Made by a program: the position numbers and the translations under genes
In this document: positions 46,431 through 57,015 of the stretch, in pieces
Layout: every line of letters starts with the position of its first letter
How positions within the stretch are numbered: the first letter of the stretch is position 1
The notes under the pieces: generated by a model
Database searches by the model: none
What the model was told of the DNA's origin: nothing
The model's input: only the letters and a program-made list of their open reading frames with translations
Origin: Flavobacteriales bacterium
GTDB taxonomy: Bacteria > Bacteroidota > Bacteroidia > Palsa-965
Assembly (NCBI GenBank): GCA_040377305.1
Contig: JBEIPA010000002.1
Location: 160,001-224,000, forward strand
Direction of reading: 5' to 3'
Length of the DNA: 64,000 nt

Positions 46431-49400
46431 ATGAGAACAAATCTACTAGTAACCCTTGCCTTAGTGTTGTCAGCATGTTCGCTAACTGCACAAAGCAAAC
46501 AAGCAGCGCAGGCCATGGAGCAGCGCTCCACAAATTTTGTACAGGCGCCGCTTTCAGGTCCTACAATCCAATCGCTTCAGCCACCAGTTAGCACTCAGGC
46601 TGTATCCGGCTATATTCAGGAAGGTTTTGAAAACGTAATCTTTCCTCCGGCTGGCTGGCAGGTGAGAAATGTTAATGGTCCTACTTATACCTGGGCTCGT
46701 TCAACAGCACAAGCTCACTTAAGTACTGCATCGGCGTTCATTCGTTATGATGCAGTTGCAGGTGGTGGACTTGATTGGTTAATTGCACCGCATTACACTG
46801 TAACAGCAGCAACAGATTCCGTTGTATTCTGGATGCGCCTTGCATTCGCAGGCTACCAACCGGATTCTTTGGCAATCAAAGTTTCTACGACAGATTCTTT
46901 GCTTACTTCTTTCACTACAACCTTGTTGTTACTGCGTGAAGGAACGAACTACCCGCCAAATAATACAACGTGGTATCGTTATGCAGTAAGCCTTCAGAAC
47001 TATGTTGGTCAAAACATCTATGTGGCCTTCAAACATTACAATGTTGACGGCGACGGCTTGTACATTGACGATGTATCAATGGGCACACGTCCTGCGAATG
47101 AAGTCTCAACAACTGCGATGATTTCTCCGACGACTACGGTTGCTCCCGGAGCAGTTACTCCACAGGGAACTTTCTTTAATGCGGGAACAGCAGCGCAAAC
47201 ATTCAACGTAACCACCACGATTAATCCAGGGGGTTACACTTCAACAACTTCCGTTTCACTAGCATCAGGCGCGAGCAGCAATGCAAGCTTCACTGTATGG
47301 AATGCGACTGCTGGCACGTACACAGTAAAGATGTTTACAGAATTGCCTGGTGATGCGAACGTACTCAATGATACCATTACGCGAACAGTATTTGTTCCTG
47401 TAGGTTTCGAGCAGTACGGATGGAGCAACTCAACTGCAATTCCTGCAGGTCGTTGGGCAACTGCACCGGTATTTGTTAATCCTTGTAACTCTTTAACAGA
47501 CACAGGATTCATTTATCTGATTTCGGGTGCAGATGCTGCGTTTGCAAACACAACTTTGAACACACGCTACAATGTTACTACAGGCGTGTACACTGCAAGG
47601 GCTCCGATTCCACAGTCTCGCACACAAGTGACGCCGCTACATGTTAATGGTAAAATATATGTGATTGGTGGTTATGGCGGAAGTTTTAGTCCGGTAACCA
47701 CAAACAGCATCTATGATATTGCAACAGACTCATGGACAACTGGAGCTACAATTCCAACTGCAGTAGGTGACTATGCAGCAAGCGTATACAACGATTCTTT
47801 GATCTACATTGTTGGTGGCTATACCGGAAGCGGTGACGTGAACACTGTTCAGATTTACGATACATATCTGAATACATGGACAACAGGAACCCCTAAAACA
47901 GGAACTGCAGTTGCAGGTTGCCGTATGGGAATTGTTGGAAACCAGATTGTATTTGTTGGTGGATACTCACAAACTCTTGCAGCTACACAATCACAGGCAC
48001 AGCTTGGTGTAATCAATGTTGCTACTCCTACAACAATTACGTGGTCTACACTCCCGAACTATCCTGCAGGAACAACGGGCCGTCACGGTGCCGGAGTTTC
48101 ATTAGAGAATAACGGACTTGTTTACTTCGCGGGCGGAGATCCAAACGGCCAAGGGACAACAACTATCAACGCTGTTTACGCTTACAACACTATTTTGTCT
48201 CAGTGGGAAATTGGTCCACAGATGCTGCAGGGTGTGAGTAATATTTCTGGTCTTGCTGGTGCAGTTCGTAACGATTCACTCTTCATTGTTACAATGGGTG
48301 GTTATAACGGAACAGCTGTTACATCAAACAATGCATGGCTGAACATCGGCGCAGCAATGGCTCCTTATGCACAAGTGAGTGCTGCTGTTTGCGCGGGTAA
48401 CTCGGTTATGATTCACGGTTACGATGCATTGTCGTATTCATGGACTCCAGCAGCTACATTGAGCAATCCGAACGTAGACATGCCAATGGCATCTCCACTG
48501 GCTACTACAACGTACACCGTTTCAATGGGTGTGGGTTACGGATGTCCGATTGTAGACTCTACAGTAGTAACGGTAAATGCTCTTCCGACAGTTACAGCGA
48601 ATACAACTTCACCTGCGATATGTGCAGGCGATAACGTAACGCTTAGTGGCGGTGGTGCTGCAACGTACGTGTGGACGGGCGTTGTAACAGACAACGTTCC
48701 ATTTACTCCGGCTTCAACTGACTCATATACAGTTACAGGAACAGATGTAAACGGTTGTACTAACACAGCATCAGTAACAGTAACAGTAAACGCGCTTCCT
48801 ACAGTTACAGCAAGCAGCACTGCGAGCACAGTTTGTTCAGGTGATGCAGTTACTGTAAACGGTGGCGGTGCTTCGTCTTATGTATGGACTGGTGGCGTTA
48901 TGGATAACGTTGCATTCAATCCAACTGCAACAGACACGTACACAGTAACAGGAACTGATGCGAACGGTTGTTCAAATACAGCGAACGTTACAGTTACTGT
49001 AAACAACCTGCCTACAGTTACAGCGAACACATCTGCTGCTGCGGTATGCGATGGATCGCCCGTAACACTTAGTGGTGGCGGTGCAACATCGTACACATGG
49101 ACTGGACTTGTAACAGATAACGTTGCGTTCACTCCGGTAGCGACAGACACTTATACTGTAACAGGAACAGACGCTAACGGATGTTCTAACACTGCTTCGG
49201 TAAGTGTTACAGTTAACGCATTGCCGACAGTTACAGTTACTTTACCGATGGACACAGCATGTCAGACAGCAGGAATCATCACACTTGGCGGAGAATCTCC
49301 TGCAGGTGGAACATGGAGCGGACCTGGTGTAACCGGATCTAACTTCGACCCAACGACATCTGGCCTCGGCACAATCGGCATTGACTACACTTATGTTGAT

Positions 49401-49715
49401 GCGAATGGTTGCAGCGCAATGGCAACAGATTCAATCTGGGTTGGTTTGTGCACAGACATTGTGAATGCAGCAAACAACAATGGTGTTGCTGTTTATCCTA
49501 ACCCGAACAACGGACAATTCAACCTTGTTCTTGGAGGTATGCCATCTGCACCAGTTCAGGTAGAAATCATGAATGAGCTTGGTCAGGTAGTGAATACATT
49601 CACAATGACTGGAACTCAACTTGAAGTGAACATGAATGCATTCGAAAGCGGAGTTTACTTCGTTCGTATCACTAATGTTGATGTAGTTAACGTAACACGT
49701 TTCGTGAAGCAGTAA
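46431..49715 (+). CDS. T9SS type A protein: cleaved-adhesin-like domain + Ig + Kelch propeller + Ig stalk
   Basis: EGFE..FPP.GW, DWLIAP, IYVAFKH...LYIDDV; Kelch motifs KIYVIGG/IYIVGG; YTVTGTD.NGC repeats; CTD VYPNPNNG...GVYFV. Confidence 0.88.
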   Translation: MRTNLLVTLALVLSACSLTAQSKQAAQAMEQRSTNFVQAPLSGPTIQSLQPPVSTQAVSGYIQEGFENVIFPPAGWQVRNVNGPTYTWARSTAQAHLSTASAFIRYDAVAGGGLDWLIAPHYTVTAATDSVVFWMRLAFAGYQPDSLAIKVSTTDSLLTSFTTTLLLLREGTNYPPNNTTWYRYAVSLQNYVGQNIYVAFKHYNVDGDGLYIDDVSMGTRPANEVSTTAMISPTTTVAPGAVTPQGTFFNAGTAAQTFNVTTTINPGGYTSTTSVSLASGASSNASFTVWNATAGTYTVKMFTELPGDANVLNDTITRTVFVPVGFEQYGWSNSTAIPAGRWATAPVFVNPCNSLTDTGFIYLISGADAAFANTTLNTRYNVTTGVYTARAPIPQSRTQVTPLHVNGKIYVIGGYGGSFSPVTTNSIYDIATDSWTTGATIPTAVGDYAASVYNDSLIYIVGGYTGSGDVNTVQIYDTYLNTWTTGTPKTGTAVAGCRMGIVGNQIVFVGGYSQTLAATQSQAQLGVINVATPTTITWSTLPNYPAGTTGRHGAGVSLENNGLVYFAGGDPNGQGTTTINAVYAYNTILSQWEIGPQMLQGVSNISGLAGAVRNDSLFIVTMGGYNGTAVTSNNAWLNIGAAMAPYAQVSAAVCAGNSVMIHGYDALSYSWTPAATLSNPNVDMPMASPLATTTYTVSMGVGYGCPIVDSTVVTVNALPTVTANTTSPAICAGDNVTLSGGGAATYVWTGVVTDNVPFTPASTDSYTVTGTDVNGCTNTASVTVTVNALPTVTASSTASTVCSGDAVTVNGGGASSYVWTGGVMDNVAFNPTATDTYTVTGTDANGCSNTANVTVTVNNLPTVTANTSAAAVCDGSPVTLSGGGATSYTWTGLVTDNVAFTPVATDTYTVTGTDANGCSNTASVSVTVNALPTVTVTLPMDTACQTAGIITLGGESPAGGTWSGPGVTGSNFDPTTSGLGTIGIDYTYVDANGCSAMATDSIWVGLCTDIVNAANNNGVAVYPNPNNGQFNLVLGGMPSAPVQVEIMNELGQVVNTFTMTGTQLEVNMNAFESGVYFVRITNVDVVNVTRFVKQ

Positions 49716-49724
49716 GTTTCCCGG

Positions 49725-49769
49725 AATAAAAAAAGCCGTACCGATGAAAATCAGTACGGCTTTTTTATT
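49725..49769. terminator. bidirectional intrinsic terminator
   Basis: AAAAAAGCCGTAC/GTACGGCTTTTTT between convergent genes. Confidence 0.85.
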
Positions 49770-49777
49770 TGTGCCCG

Positions 49778-50113
49778 TTATTGTTCCCGGTATCCTCCGG
49801 CATGAATGCTGAACTTGAAGGAATACCGGGTGAGGAAATGATTTTCCATGCGGCAGAACACGGCGCTTTCTTTGAAAGGGATTCCCGAATAACCTGATAC
49901 CTTCCTGTATGGAGCTACGGGAGTATGAAGTCCCGGCAATGCGAATTCAAAAATGCCTTTCCTAAAGCCCGGATAGAATGAAGGAATCCGGTACTGATTG
50001 TAGGTGCTGAAAAAATCCAACTGCTGCACACGCAATTTTGCTACAGTGGGTTCGCACGCAAAACAATACTGCGTACAACATATCATAAGAACGGCTACCA
50101 CAATTTTGCGCAT
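49778..50113 (-). CDS. small hypothetical exported protein
   Basis: Signal-like N-terminus and C-terminal AVFCRME...F...G motif; fills the gap without overlap. Confidence 0.55.
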   Translation of the reverse strand: MRKIVVAVLMICCTQYCFACEPTVAKLRVQQLDFFSTYNQYRIPSFYPGFRKGIFEFALPGLHTPVAPYRKVSGYSGIPFKESAVFCRMENHFLTRYSFKFSIHAGGYREQ

Positions 50114-50145
50114 AGTTCAATTACGAGATTGCCGAAAGAAAAGTT

Positions 50146-50871
50146 CTACTTCTTCGGCTCGATTTTCTTGAAGCGCATTTGCAAAACGCCTAAGAATGCT
50201 TCCTTGAAAATTTTCGAGCTCATTTTTGAAACACCTTCCACGCGATCGATGAAAGTAATGGGAACTTCTTTGATCTTAAATCCAAGTCGATGTGCCGTGT
50301 ACTTCATCTCAATCTGAAATGCATAACCCACAAAGCGGATTGCATCGAGATTAATTGTGTCCAGCACATTTCGCTTGTAACACTTGAATCCCGCTGTAGT
50401 GTCTTTCACATTCATCCACAACACGATTCGCACGTACACAGAAGCGAAGTAAGACATCATGAGTCGCCCCATTGGCCAATTCATCACTTTCCCACCTTTC
50501 ACGTAGCGTGAGCCAACAGCGACATCAGCACCTTCACTTGCGCATGCATTGTGCAAGCGGATCAGATCATCCGGGTTATGCGAGAAGTCGCAATCCATTT
50601 CGAAAATGTAATTGTAATTTCTGGCGAGTGCCCATTTGAACCCGTGAATGTAAGCCGTGCCCAGTCCGAGCTTGCCTTTGCGCTCTTCCATGAACAAGCG
50701 ATCGGGGAATTCTGTCATCAAACGACGCACAATTTCCGCAGTTCCATCTGGAGATCCGTCGTCCACAATGAGCAAATGGAAGTCTCCCTGGAGAGACATC
50801 ACTTTTCTCACCATCTTCTCGATGTTCTCTTTTTCGTTGAACGTTGGAACGATGACTACTTTTTCAGGCAA
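50146..50871 (-). CDS. polyprenol monophosphomannose synthase (GT2, DPM1-like)
   Basis: PTFNE, VDDGSPDGT, GLGTAY, MDCDFSH, GSRY and FQIE motifs; TTG start. Confidence 0.92.
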   Translation of the reverse strand: MPEKVVIVPTFNEKENIEKMVRKVMSLQGDFHLLIVDDGSPDGTAEIVRRLMTEFPDRLFMEERKGKLGLGTAYIHGFKWALARNYNYIFEMDCDFSHNPDDLIRLHNACASEGADVAVGSRYVKGGKVMNWPMGRLMMSYFASVYVRIVLWMNVKDTTAGFKCYKRNVLDTINLDAIRFVGYAFQIEMKYTAHRLGFKIKEVPITFIDRVEGVSKMSSKIFKEAFLGVLQMRFKKIEPKK

Positions 50872-50999
50872 TTTGGGCGCTTATTGAGCCAACGAAGATA
50901 GCAGTGTGGTGTATATCCTCCAATTGGACTTTGGTTATTTTGGCATAATATCTGACTGTATAATGATCGAACAGTGAAAAAGATTCATTAAATTACAGT

Positions 51000-51512
51000 A
51001 TGCGAAAAACGATAGTCATTATCACCATTTTCGCTGCCAGCACAACCCTCTGGTCGCAGATTACCGATTCTACCAAATCGCCTGCGATCGTGACACCAGT
51101 TGATTCTGTGTTTGTAGTTGCCGATACCGCAAGCAATCTTCCTGTGGTTCCGGATTACACACTGTATTGCGATAGCGGTGTTGCAAGCTGGTACGGTCCT
51201 GCCTGGAAAGGAAGACTTACAGCGAGTGGTGAGTACTTTGACCCGGACAGCATGACGGCTGCACACAAGTGGCTGCCCTTTGGAACCATTGTGCGTGTTA
51301 CGAATCTGACCAATGATTCTGTAGTGTACGTTCGTATTACCGATCGCCTTCCAAAATCTTCAACACGTTCTATTGATCTCACGCCAACAGCTGCAAAACG
51401 ACTTGGGTTTTATTCAAAGGGATTGCAGAAAGTGAAAATGGAAACGTGCGGAATGATACGTGTGAAAAGAAAAACGACAAGCGTCGGACCGGGTCACTTT
51501 TCCTCCAGGTGA
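51000..51512 (+). CDS. rlpA: RlpA-family lytic transglycosylase (DPBB domain)
   Basis: GVASWYG, TASGE, TAAHK.LPFGT.VRVTN and IDL motifs; no SPOR domain. Confidence 0.88.
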   Translation: MRKTIVIITIFAASTTLWSQITDSTKSPAIVTPVDSVFVVADTASNLPVVPDYTLYCDSGVASWYGPAWKGRLTASGEYFDPDSMTAAHKWLPFGTIVRVTNLTNDSVVYVRITDRLPKSSTRSIDLTPTAAKRLGFYSKGLQKVKMETCGMIRVKRKTTSVGPGHFSSR

Positions 51513-51526
51513 CGGAATAGATCATC

Positions 51527-53500
51527 TTACTGAATTCTGAACCCAATGATGCAGATATCATCTACCTGCTCTAACGTTCCGCGCCATGCTTCATGCGTTT
51601 CAGAGAGCACGTTGTGCATCTTTGATAAAGGCAAGTTTACGTTTGATTCAAGCAATGTATACAGTTGTTTATACTTAAACTTCTTCCCCTTCGGACCACC
51701 AAACTGATCAGCGTAACCATCGGTGAAAATGAAAATGGTGTCTCCTTTTGTAAATTCGAGATCGTGTGTTGTGAATGGTTCTGATCGGCCCGCTCCTGCT
51801 CCCACCGGCATTTTGTCTGCCTTCAGCTCGTGTAGAATTCCGTCTCTAACGATTACCGGATTATTATTGGCAGCAGCATAGGTGATTTTTCCTTGTGTAA
51901 ACCGCAACAAGATTCCATCCATTCCATCCTGCGCACCTTCTTTCGAAACCGAATTTATCAAACGGTCCCGAACGTAATCCAGAATTTCGCCGGGCTTTCG
52001 GATACCTTTCTCGGTAATTGCTTCATTGAGAAAAGATGTATTCAGCAGGCTCATGAACGCACCCGGTACGCCGTGTCCCGTTGAATCGCAAGATGCCAGA
52101 TAAAAGTCCTGTTCAATGGACGTGGCCCAATAGAAATCGCCGCTCACTATATCCTTCGGCTTGAAATAGACAAAATGCTCCGGTAGTTCCTTATTCAACA
52201 ATTCATCATTCGCAAGCAGCGTGTATTGAATCCGTTTTGCATAAGTGATGGAATCGAAAACCTCTTTGTTCCTTACTTCGAGCTGAGCCTTTTGTCTGGA
52301 GATCTCCTGATTTGCTCTTTGCTTCTGCCGATACGCATACAGGAAGTACACGCCTCCCGCAAGTGCGAGAACGAGGCAGCCAACTACTGAATAATTCAGG
52401 AGGTCTTTGCGACGAATGCTCTCGGCCTGAATGTCGTTTGCATTCTTCAGCAGTTCATTTTCGCGCTGCTTCTGAGAAGATTCAAATTTTTCCTGCAACT
52501 CCAGTATTTCACTCGACTTTTCATCATTGAAAATAGAGTCGCGATAAACAGTGTACATCTGAAACATGTCGTATGCGTTCTTATAATCTCCTTTCATCTT
52601 GTATACATCAGAAAGCGTATAATACACTTCACGAAGCAAGAATTTGTTTCGCATGGCGTTCGCAAGTGCAAGCGCAATGTTGAGGTTATCAATTCCCTTT
52701 TCGAAATCACCGAGCATAGCATACGACTCACCAATGTTTGCATACGAAGAAATCAATCCCTTGCGATCGTTGAGCGAATCTTTAATTGCTTTGCTTCTTT
52801 CGAACCATTGAATGGCATTGGTATAATCTTTTTCATCAAAGTAGATTGTCCCCATGTTGTTATACCCATAAGACAAAATACGCGGGTCGGTAGTATCCGT
52901 TACTGCCTCGATGGACTTGAGTGCATAATATCGCGCACTATCATACTGTGCTTCATTAGAAAATATCGTGCTTAAGTTGAGATATGTGCTGGGCAACTGC
53001 TTGTCGTGATTCTTCTGACGAATAACCAGTGCTTTCCGGTAGTACTCCTTTGCGCGCTCACCTTGATTGTCTTGTTGGGTATAGATGCGTCCGATATTGG
53101 TATAACACGAAGCTTGTTGAAACTCATCACCAATAATCAATGCCAGATCAAGTGCACGCGTTTGACATTCCAGTGCGGATGCGTATTCTGCAAGATGAAA
53201 CAAGGCTATTCCCTTTGCAACGTTGCTCTCAATAGTCAGGGCGGTGTCGTTTAATCGGGTTGCAATCTTCGTTGCTGAATCAGCATAGGCAATTGCATCG
53301 AACGGTTTACTCTCGTTCAGGCGCGAGGCCAGTTGACGGTAGATTCGGCCCTTTGTACTATCATCCTTAGTGGTGATCAGTAAATTCTTTAGCGAATCAA
53401 CTTTCGATTTCTTCGCTTGTGAATTACTTTCAAAAGGGAACGCACACAGAAGCGAAACCGAAAATAACAGCTTTGTTATGCTCAACGACAAATTCCTCAT
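51527..53500 (-). CDS. membrane sensor phosphatase: TPR + TM + SpoIIE/PP2C domain
   Basis: TPR repeats, TM; VSGDFYW, DSTGHGVPGA, DGMD, TDGYADQFGG and QVDD motifs. Confidence 0.9.
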   Translation of the reverse strand: MRNLSLSITKLLFSVSLLCAFPFESNSQAKKSKVDSLKNLLITTKDDSTKGRIYRQLASRLNESKPFDAIAYADSATKIATRLNDTALTIESNVAKGIALFHLAEYASALECQTRALDLALIIGDEFQQASCYTNIGRIYTQQDNQGERAKEYYRKALVIRQKNHDKQLPSTYLNLSTIFSNEAQYDSARYYALKSIEAVTDTTDPRILSYGYNNMGTIYFDEKDYTNAIQWFERSKAIKDSLNDRKGLISSYANIGESYAMLGDFEKGIDNLNIALALANAMRNKFLLREVYYTLSDVYKMKGDYKNAYDMFQMYTVYRDSIFNDEKSSEILELQEKFESSQKQRENELLKNANDIQAESIRRKDLLNYSVVGCLVLALAGGVYFLYAYRQKQRANQEISRQKAQLEVRNKEVFDSITYAKRIQYTLLANDELLNKELPEHFVYFKPKDIVSGDFYWATSIEQDFYLASCDSTGHGVPGAFMSLLNTSFLNEAITEKGIRKPGEILDYVRDRLINSVSKEGAQDGMDGILLRFTQGKITYAAANNNPVIVRDGILHELKADKMPVGAGAGRSEPFTTHDLEFTKGDTIFIFTDGYADQFGGPKGKKFKYKQLYTLLESNVNLPLSKMHNVLSETHEAWRGTLEQVDDICIIGFRIQ

Positions 53501-53502
53501 AC

Positions 53503-55392
53503 CTACAACCGATTCTTCACAATTTCCTCCACCACAGTTGGATCCAATAGGGTTGAAGTATCGCCCAAATTACTGATTTCTCCTTCAGCAACCTTACGTA
53601 AAATTCTACGCATAATTTTTCCGGAGCGGGTTTTCGGAAGTCCGCTCACAATCTGAATCTTATCAGGCTTGGCAATTGCACCAATAATTGCAGTCACTTT
53701 CGCGAGAATTCCTTCACGCAGTGTCTTTTCATCTTCCACTTTTCCTGTCGCAATTACATACGCGTAAATTCCCTGCCCTTTAATATCGTGTGGATAAGCC
53801 ACGACCGCACTTTCTACAATATCCAGATGCTCGTTGATGGCACTCTCCACTTCAGCTGTACCAATGCGGTGGCCGGAAACGTTCATGACATCATCTACAC
53901 GACCTGTGATTCTGTAATTCCCTTGCAAATCGCGACGACAACCATCGCCCGTGAAATACAAATTGTGGTAGGTAGCGAAATAGGTTGTGCGGCACCGTTC
54001 GTGATCGCCATACGTTGTGCGGATGATAGAAGGCCATGGAAATTTAATGCAGAGATTGCCTTCCACTCCATTGCCTGTGATTTCATTTCCCTTCTCATCC
54101 ACAAGAATTGGTTGTATTCCCGGAAGAGGAAGCGTTGCAAATCCGGGAAGCGTTTTTGTAATTCCCGCTAACGGAGAAATCAAAATTCCACCTGTTTCAG
54201 TCTGCCACCACGTATCAACAATCGGACATTTTTCTTTGCCGATGTTTTTGTGATACCACTCCCATGCTTCCACGTTAATGGGCTCACCAACCGATCCGAG
54301 TACACGCAAAGAATCGAGCTTGTAGGGTTTTACAAAATCCAATCCGGCAGCTTCAAGTGCGCGAATGGCAGTAGGTGCAGTATAGAAAATATTCACCTGG
54401 TGCTTGTCGATGACCTGCCAGAATCTTCCCGCGTCAGGAAATGTTGGTATGCCTTCAAATATCAATGAAGTTGCGCCAGACAACAACGGACCATAAACGA
54501 TATACGAATGACCGGTTACCCAACCAATGTCGGCAGTACACCAGAACAAGTCACCCTCGTTGTACTGAAATACATTCTGAAAAGTGTACGCAGTATAGAC
54601 CATGTATCCGCCGCACGTATGCACAACTCCTTTCGGTTTTCCGGTCGAACCAGAAGTGTAGAGTATGAACAACATATCTTCTGCGTCCATTTCTTCAGCC
54701 GGGCAATCGGCAGAAACAGATTTCATTTCTTCGTGCCACCAGGTGTCGAGCCCGGGTTTCATCACTACATTATCTCCGGTTCTTCTGAGTGTGATCACGT
54801 GTTGCACTGTCGGACATTGTTCAATGGCTTCATCAACGATTCGTTTGATCGGGATTGATTTCGCACCGCGATAAGCACCGTCGCTGGTCACAACTACCGA
54901 ACATTTGCAATCCCTGATTCGGTCTACAAGCGATGATGCAGAGAACCCTGCAAATACAACAGTGTGAATTGCACCAATGCGCGCGCAAGCTAAAGCGGCA
55001 ACTGCAAGTTCCGGCACCATTGGCATATAGAGACAAATCCGATCGCCTTTCTTTACGCCTTTTGACTTGAGCACGTTTCCAAACCGGCAAACATCCGCAT
55101 GTAGTTCGCGATATGTAATCTTCCGCGATGCCTCATTCGGATCATTCGCTTCCCAATGAAACGCAACCTGCTCACCTCGTGTTGCAAGATGTCGGTCCAG
55201 GCAATTTTCTGTGATGTTCATCTTTCCGTTCACGAACCATTCGATTTTCGGTTCAGTGAAATTCCATTCGAGAACTTTATCCCATTTCTTCCTCCATTGA
55301 AAACTGGTTGCAACATCCGCCCAGAATCCTTCGGGATCACTCACGCTTTTTGCATAAGCCTTGCTATACTCTTCCAAATTTTTTATCCGCAT
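53503..55392 (-). CDS. acs: acetate--CoA ligase
   Basis: YTSGSTGKPKG, DTWWQTETG, GRVDD and PKTRSGKIMRR motifs. Confidence 0.97.
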   Translation of the reverse strand: MRIKNLEEYSKAYAKSVSDPEGFWADVATSFQWRKKWDKVLEWNFTEPKIEWFVNGKMNITENCLDRHLATRGEQVAFHWEANDPNEASRKITYRELHADVCRFGNVLKSKGVKKGDRICLYMPMVPELAVAALACARIGAIHTVVFAGFSASSLVDRIRDCKCSVVVTSDGAYRGAKSIPIKRIVDEAIEQCPTVQHVITLRRTGDNVVMKPGLDTWWHEEMKSVSADCPAEEMDAEDMLFILYTSGSTGKPKGVVHTCGGYMVYTAYTFQNVFQYNEGDLFWCTADIGWVTGHSYIVYGPLLSGATSLIFEGIPTFPDAGRFWQVIDKHQVNIFYTAPTAIRALEAAGLDFVKPYKLDSLRVLGSVGEPINVEAWEWYHKNIGKEKCPIVDTWWQTETGGILISPLAGITKTLPGFATLPLPGIQPILVDEKGNEITGNGVEGNLCIKFPWPSIIRTTYGDHERCRTTYFATYHNLYFTGDGCRRDLQGNYRITGRVDDVMNVSGHRIGTAEVESAINEHLDIVESAVVAYPHDIKGQGIYAYVIATGKVEDEKTLREGILAKVTAIIGAIAKPDKIQIVSGLPKTRSGKIMRRILRKVAEGEISNLGDTSTLLDPTVVEEIVKNRL

Positions 55393-55470
55393 AATTCCGA
55401 TTACTTACCTCTAAAATTAGTTGGTTTCGTGGTGAAAACAAATGGTTAAATTGGCAACATAAATCTCTAT

Positions 55471-56001
55471 ATGAAAAATACAATTCTTGCCACAGCATTT
55501 GCAGCTATAGTGTTGTCATCCTGCGGATCACCGAACAACGAACCCAGGATTGTTATCGACTCAGTTGTTGAGAAGAGAGAAACCATTGATCTTCTTTCAA
55601 ATGAAAAACCGGAGTTTGACTCTGCATTAGCTGCGGCGACCGGGGCGGATGAATATGGAATGAAGCAATATGTAATCGCCTATCTTAAGCGTGGTCCAAA
55701 TCGGGATCAGGATTCTGCGACAGCCGCTGAGTTACAGAAAAAGCACCTCGAGAATATTGTGCGTATGGCAGATGAAGGAACTTTAGTGGTTGCGGGTCCG
55801 TTCATGGACGATACCGAGGTACGGGGGATTTACATTTTCAACGTTGCTACAATTGAAGAAGCAAAGAAACTTACTGAATCTGATCCCGCAATTCAGGCAG
55901 GACGACTTGAAATGGAATTACATCCGTGGTATGGCAGTGCAGCACTCCTATTTGTGAACAACCTACATCATCGTCTTGAAAAAACCAGTGTTGCAGAATA
56001 A
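55471..56001 (+). CDS. YciI-family lipoprotein
   Basis: Lipobox LSSC; H....., AGPF, GIYIF and DPAI..G motifs. Confidence 0.8.
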   Translation: MKNTILATAFAAIVLSSCGSPNNEPRIVIDSVVEKRETIDLLSNEKPEFDSALAAATGADEYGMKQYVIAYLKRGPNRDQDSATAAELQKKHLENIVRMADEGTLVVAGPFMDDTEVRGIYIFNVATIEEAKKLTESDPAIQAGRLEMELHPWYGSAALLFVNNLHHRLEKTSVAE

Positions 56002-56088
56002 ACTGAACACGTAAGAAGTTCACTATCCGCAGTCGCGGGCCTATTGGCTTTGAGGTAATTTTACACACAAACCTAAAACCAATCCTGC

Positions 56089-57015
56089 ATGATGAAACTC
56101 TACTCAACAATTGTTTGTTTTCTGATTCTTTCTTTCTCTGCAAAAGCTCAAGGCTATTGGCAGCAATACTTCGATGGCGATGATACTGTAGGATCACCCC
56201 TTGCTTTGATTGTTGAAATAGATACGGCTGGCGGAAACGTGTGGCAGGTCGGACCGCCTCAGAAAACCATTTTCAACGCACCAGCAACTGTGCCCAATGT
56301 CATTGTAACAGATACAATCAATGCGTATCCGGCGAATGACACTTCATCGTTTTACTTCGAAGTTCCTGTTTGGATAAACTGGGGAATCTTCGCTGTTCAA
56401 TGGAAACAGAAGCTTGATCTCGATTCCGCAATGGATGTGGGAACACTTTCCTATTCCGGAGATGGTGGAGCTACCTGGACTGAAGTATTTGGCGATCCTG
56501 CGCTCTACAACTTCTACGGTTTTCAGCCAACGAATGTAGATACAGTTCAGAACGGTATGACTGGATTTACCGGCACCGATACAACCTGGAGAGACATCTG
56601 GTTGTGTTATCAGATGTCGTGGTTACAGCAGTTTTCGGTGAATGACACCATCACATTCCGCTTTACAATCACTTCAGATTCATTGAACAATCAAAGTGAA
56701 GGCTGGATGATTGACAACCTGATGTGCCACCTTACCATGACACACACTGCGAAAGGTGAACAAAGAGATGCTTATCAGAAAGTGTTTCCTTCCGTAACAA
56801 CCGGTGTTGTAAACATTGAGACCATGGCATTGACGGAATATCATATCATCGAAAACATGCAGCTCATTGATGGAGCCGGACGCGTGGTGAGAGAATGGAA
56901 AAATGTTCCAACGCGTTATTGGATAGACATTGCTGATCAGCCTAATGGCAATTACACATTGAGAATTCAAACGAACAAACAGGTGAATACTTTTCCTGTT
57001 ATTCTTCAGCACTAA
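56089..57015 (+). CDS. small T9SS type A protein with jelly-roll (MAM-like) domain
   Basis: Signal peptide; YSGDGGATW and FRF...SD...EGWMIDNL motifs; CTD VFPSVT...GNYTLRI. Confidence 0.78.
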   Translation: MMKLYSTIVCFLILSFSAKAQGYWQQYFDGDDTVGSPLALIVEIDTAGGNVWQVGPPQKTIFNAPATVPNVIVTDTINAYPANDTSSFYFEVPVWINWGIFAVQWKQKLDLDSAMDVGTLSYSGDGGATWTEVFGDPALYNFYGFQPTNVDTVQNGMTGFTGTDTTWRDIWLCYQMSWLQQFSVNDTITFRFTITSDSLNNQSEGWMIDNLMCHLTMTHTAKGEQRDAYQKVFPSVTTGVVNIETMALTEYHIIENMQLIDGAGRVVREWKNVPTRYWIDIADQPNGNYTLRIQTNKQVNTFPVILQH

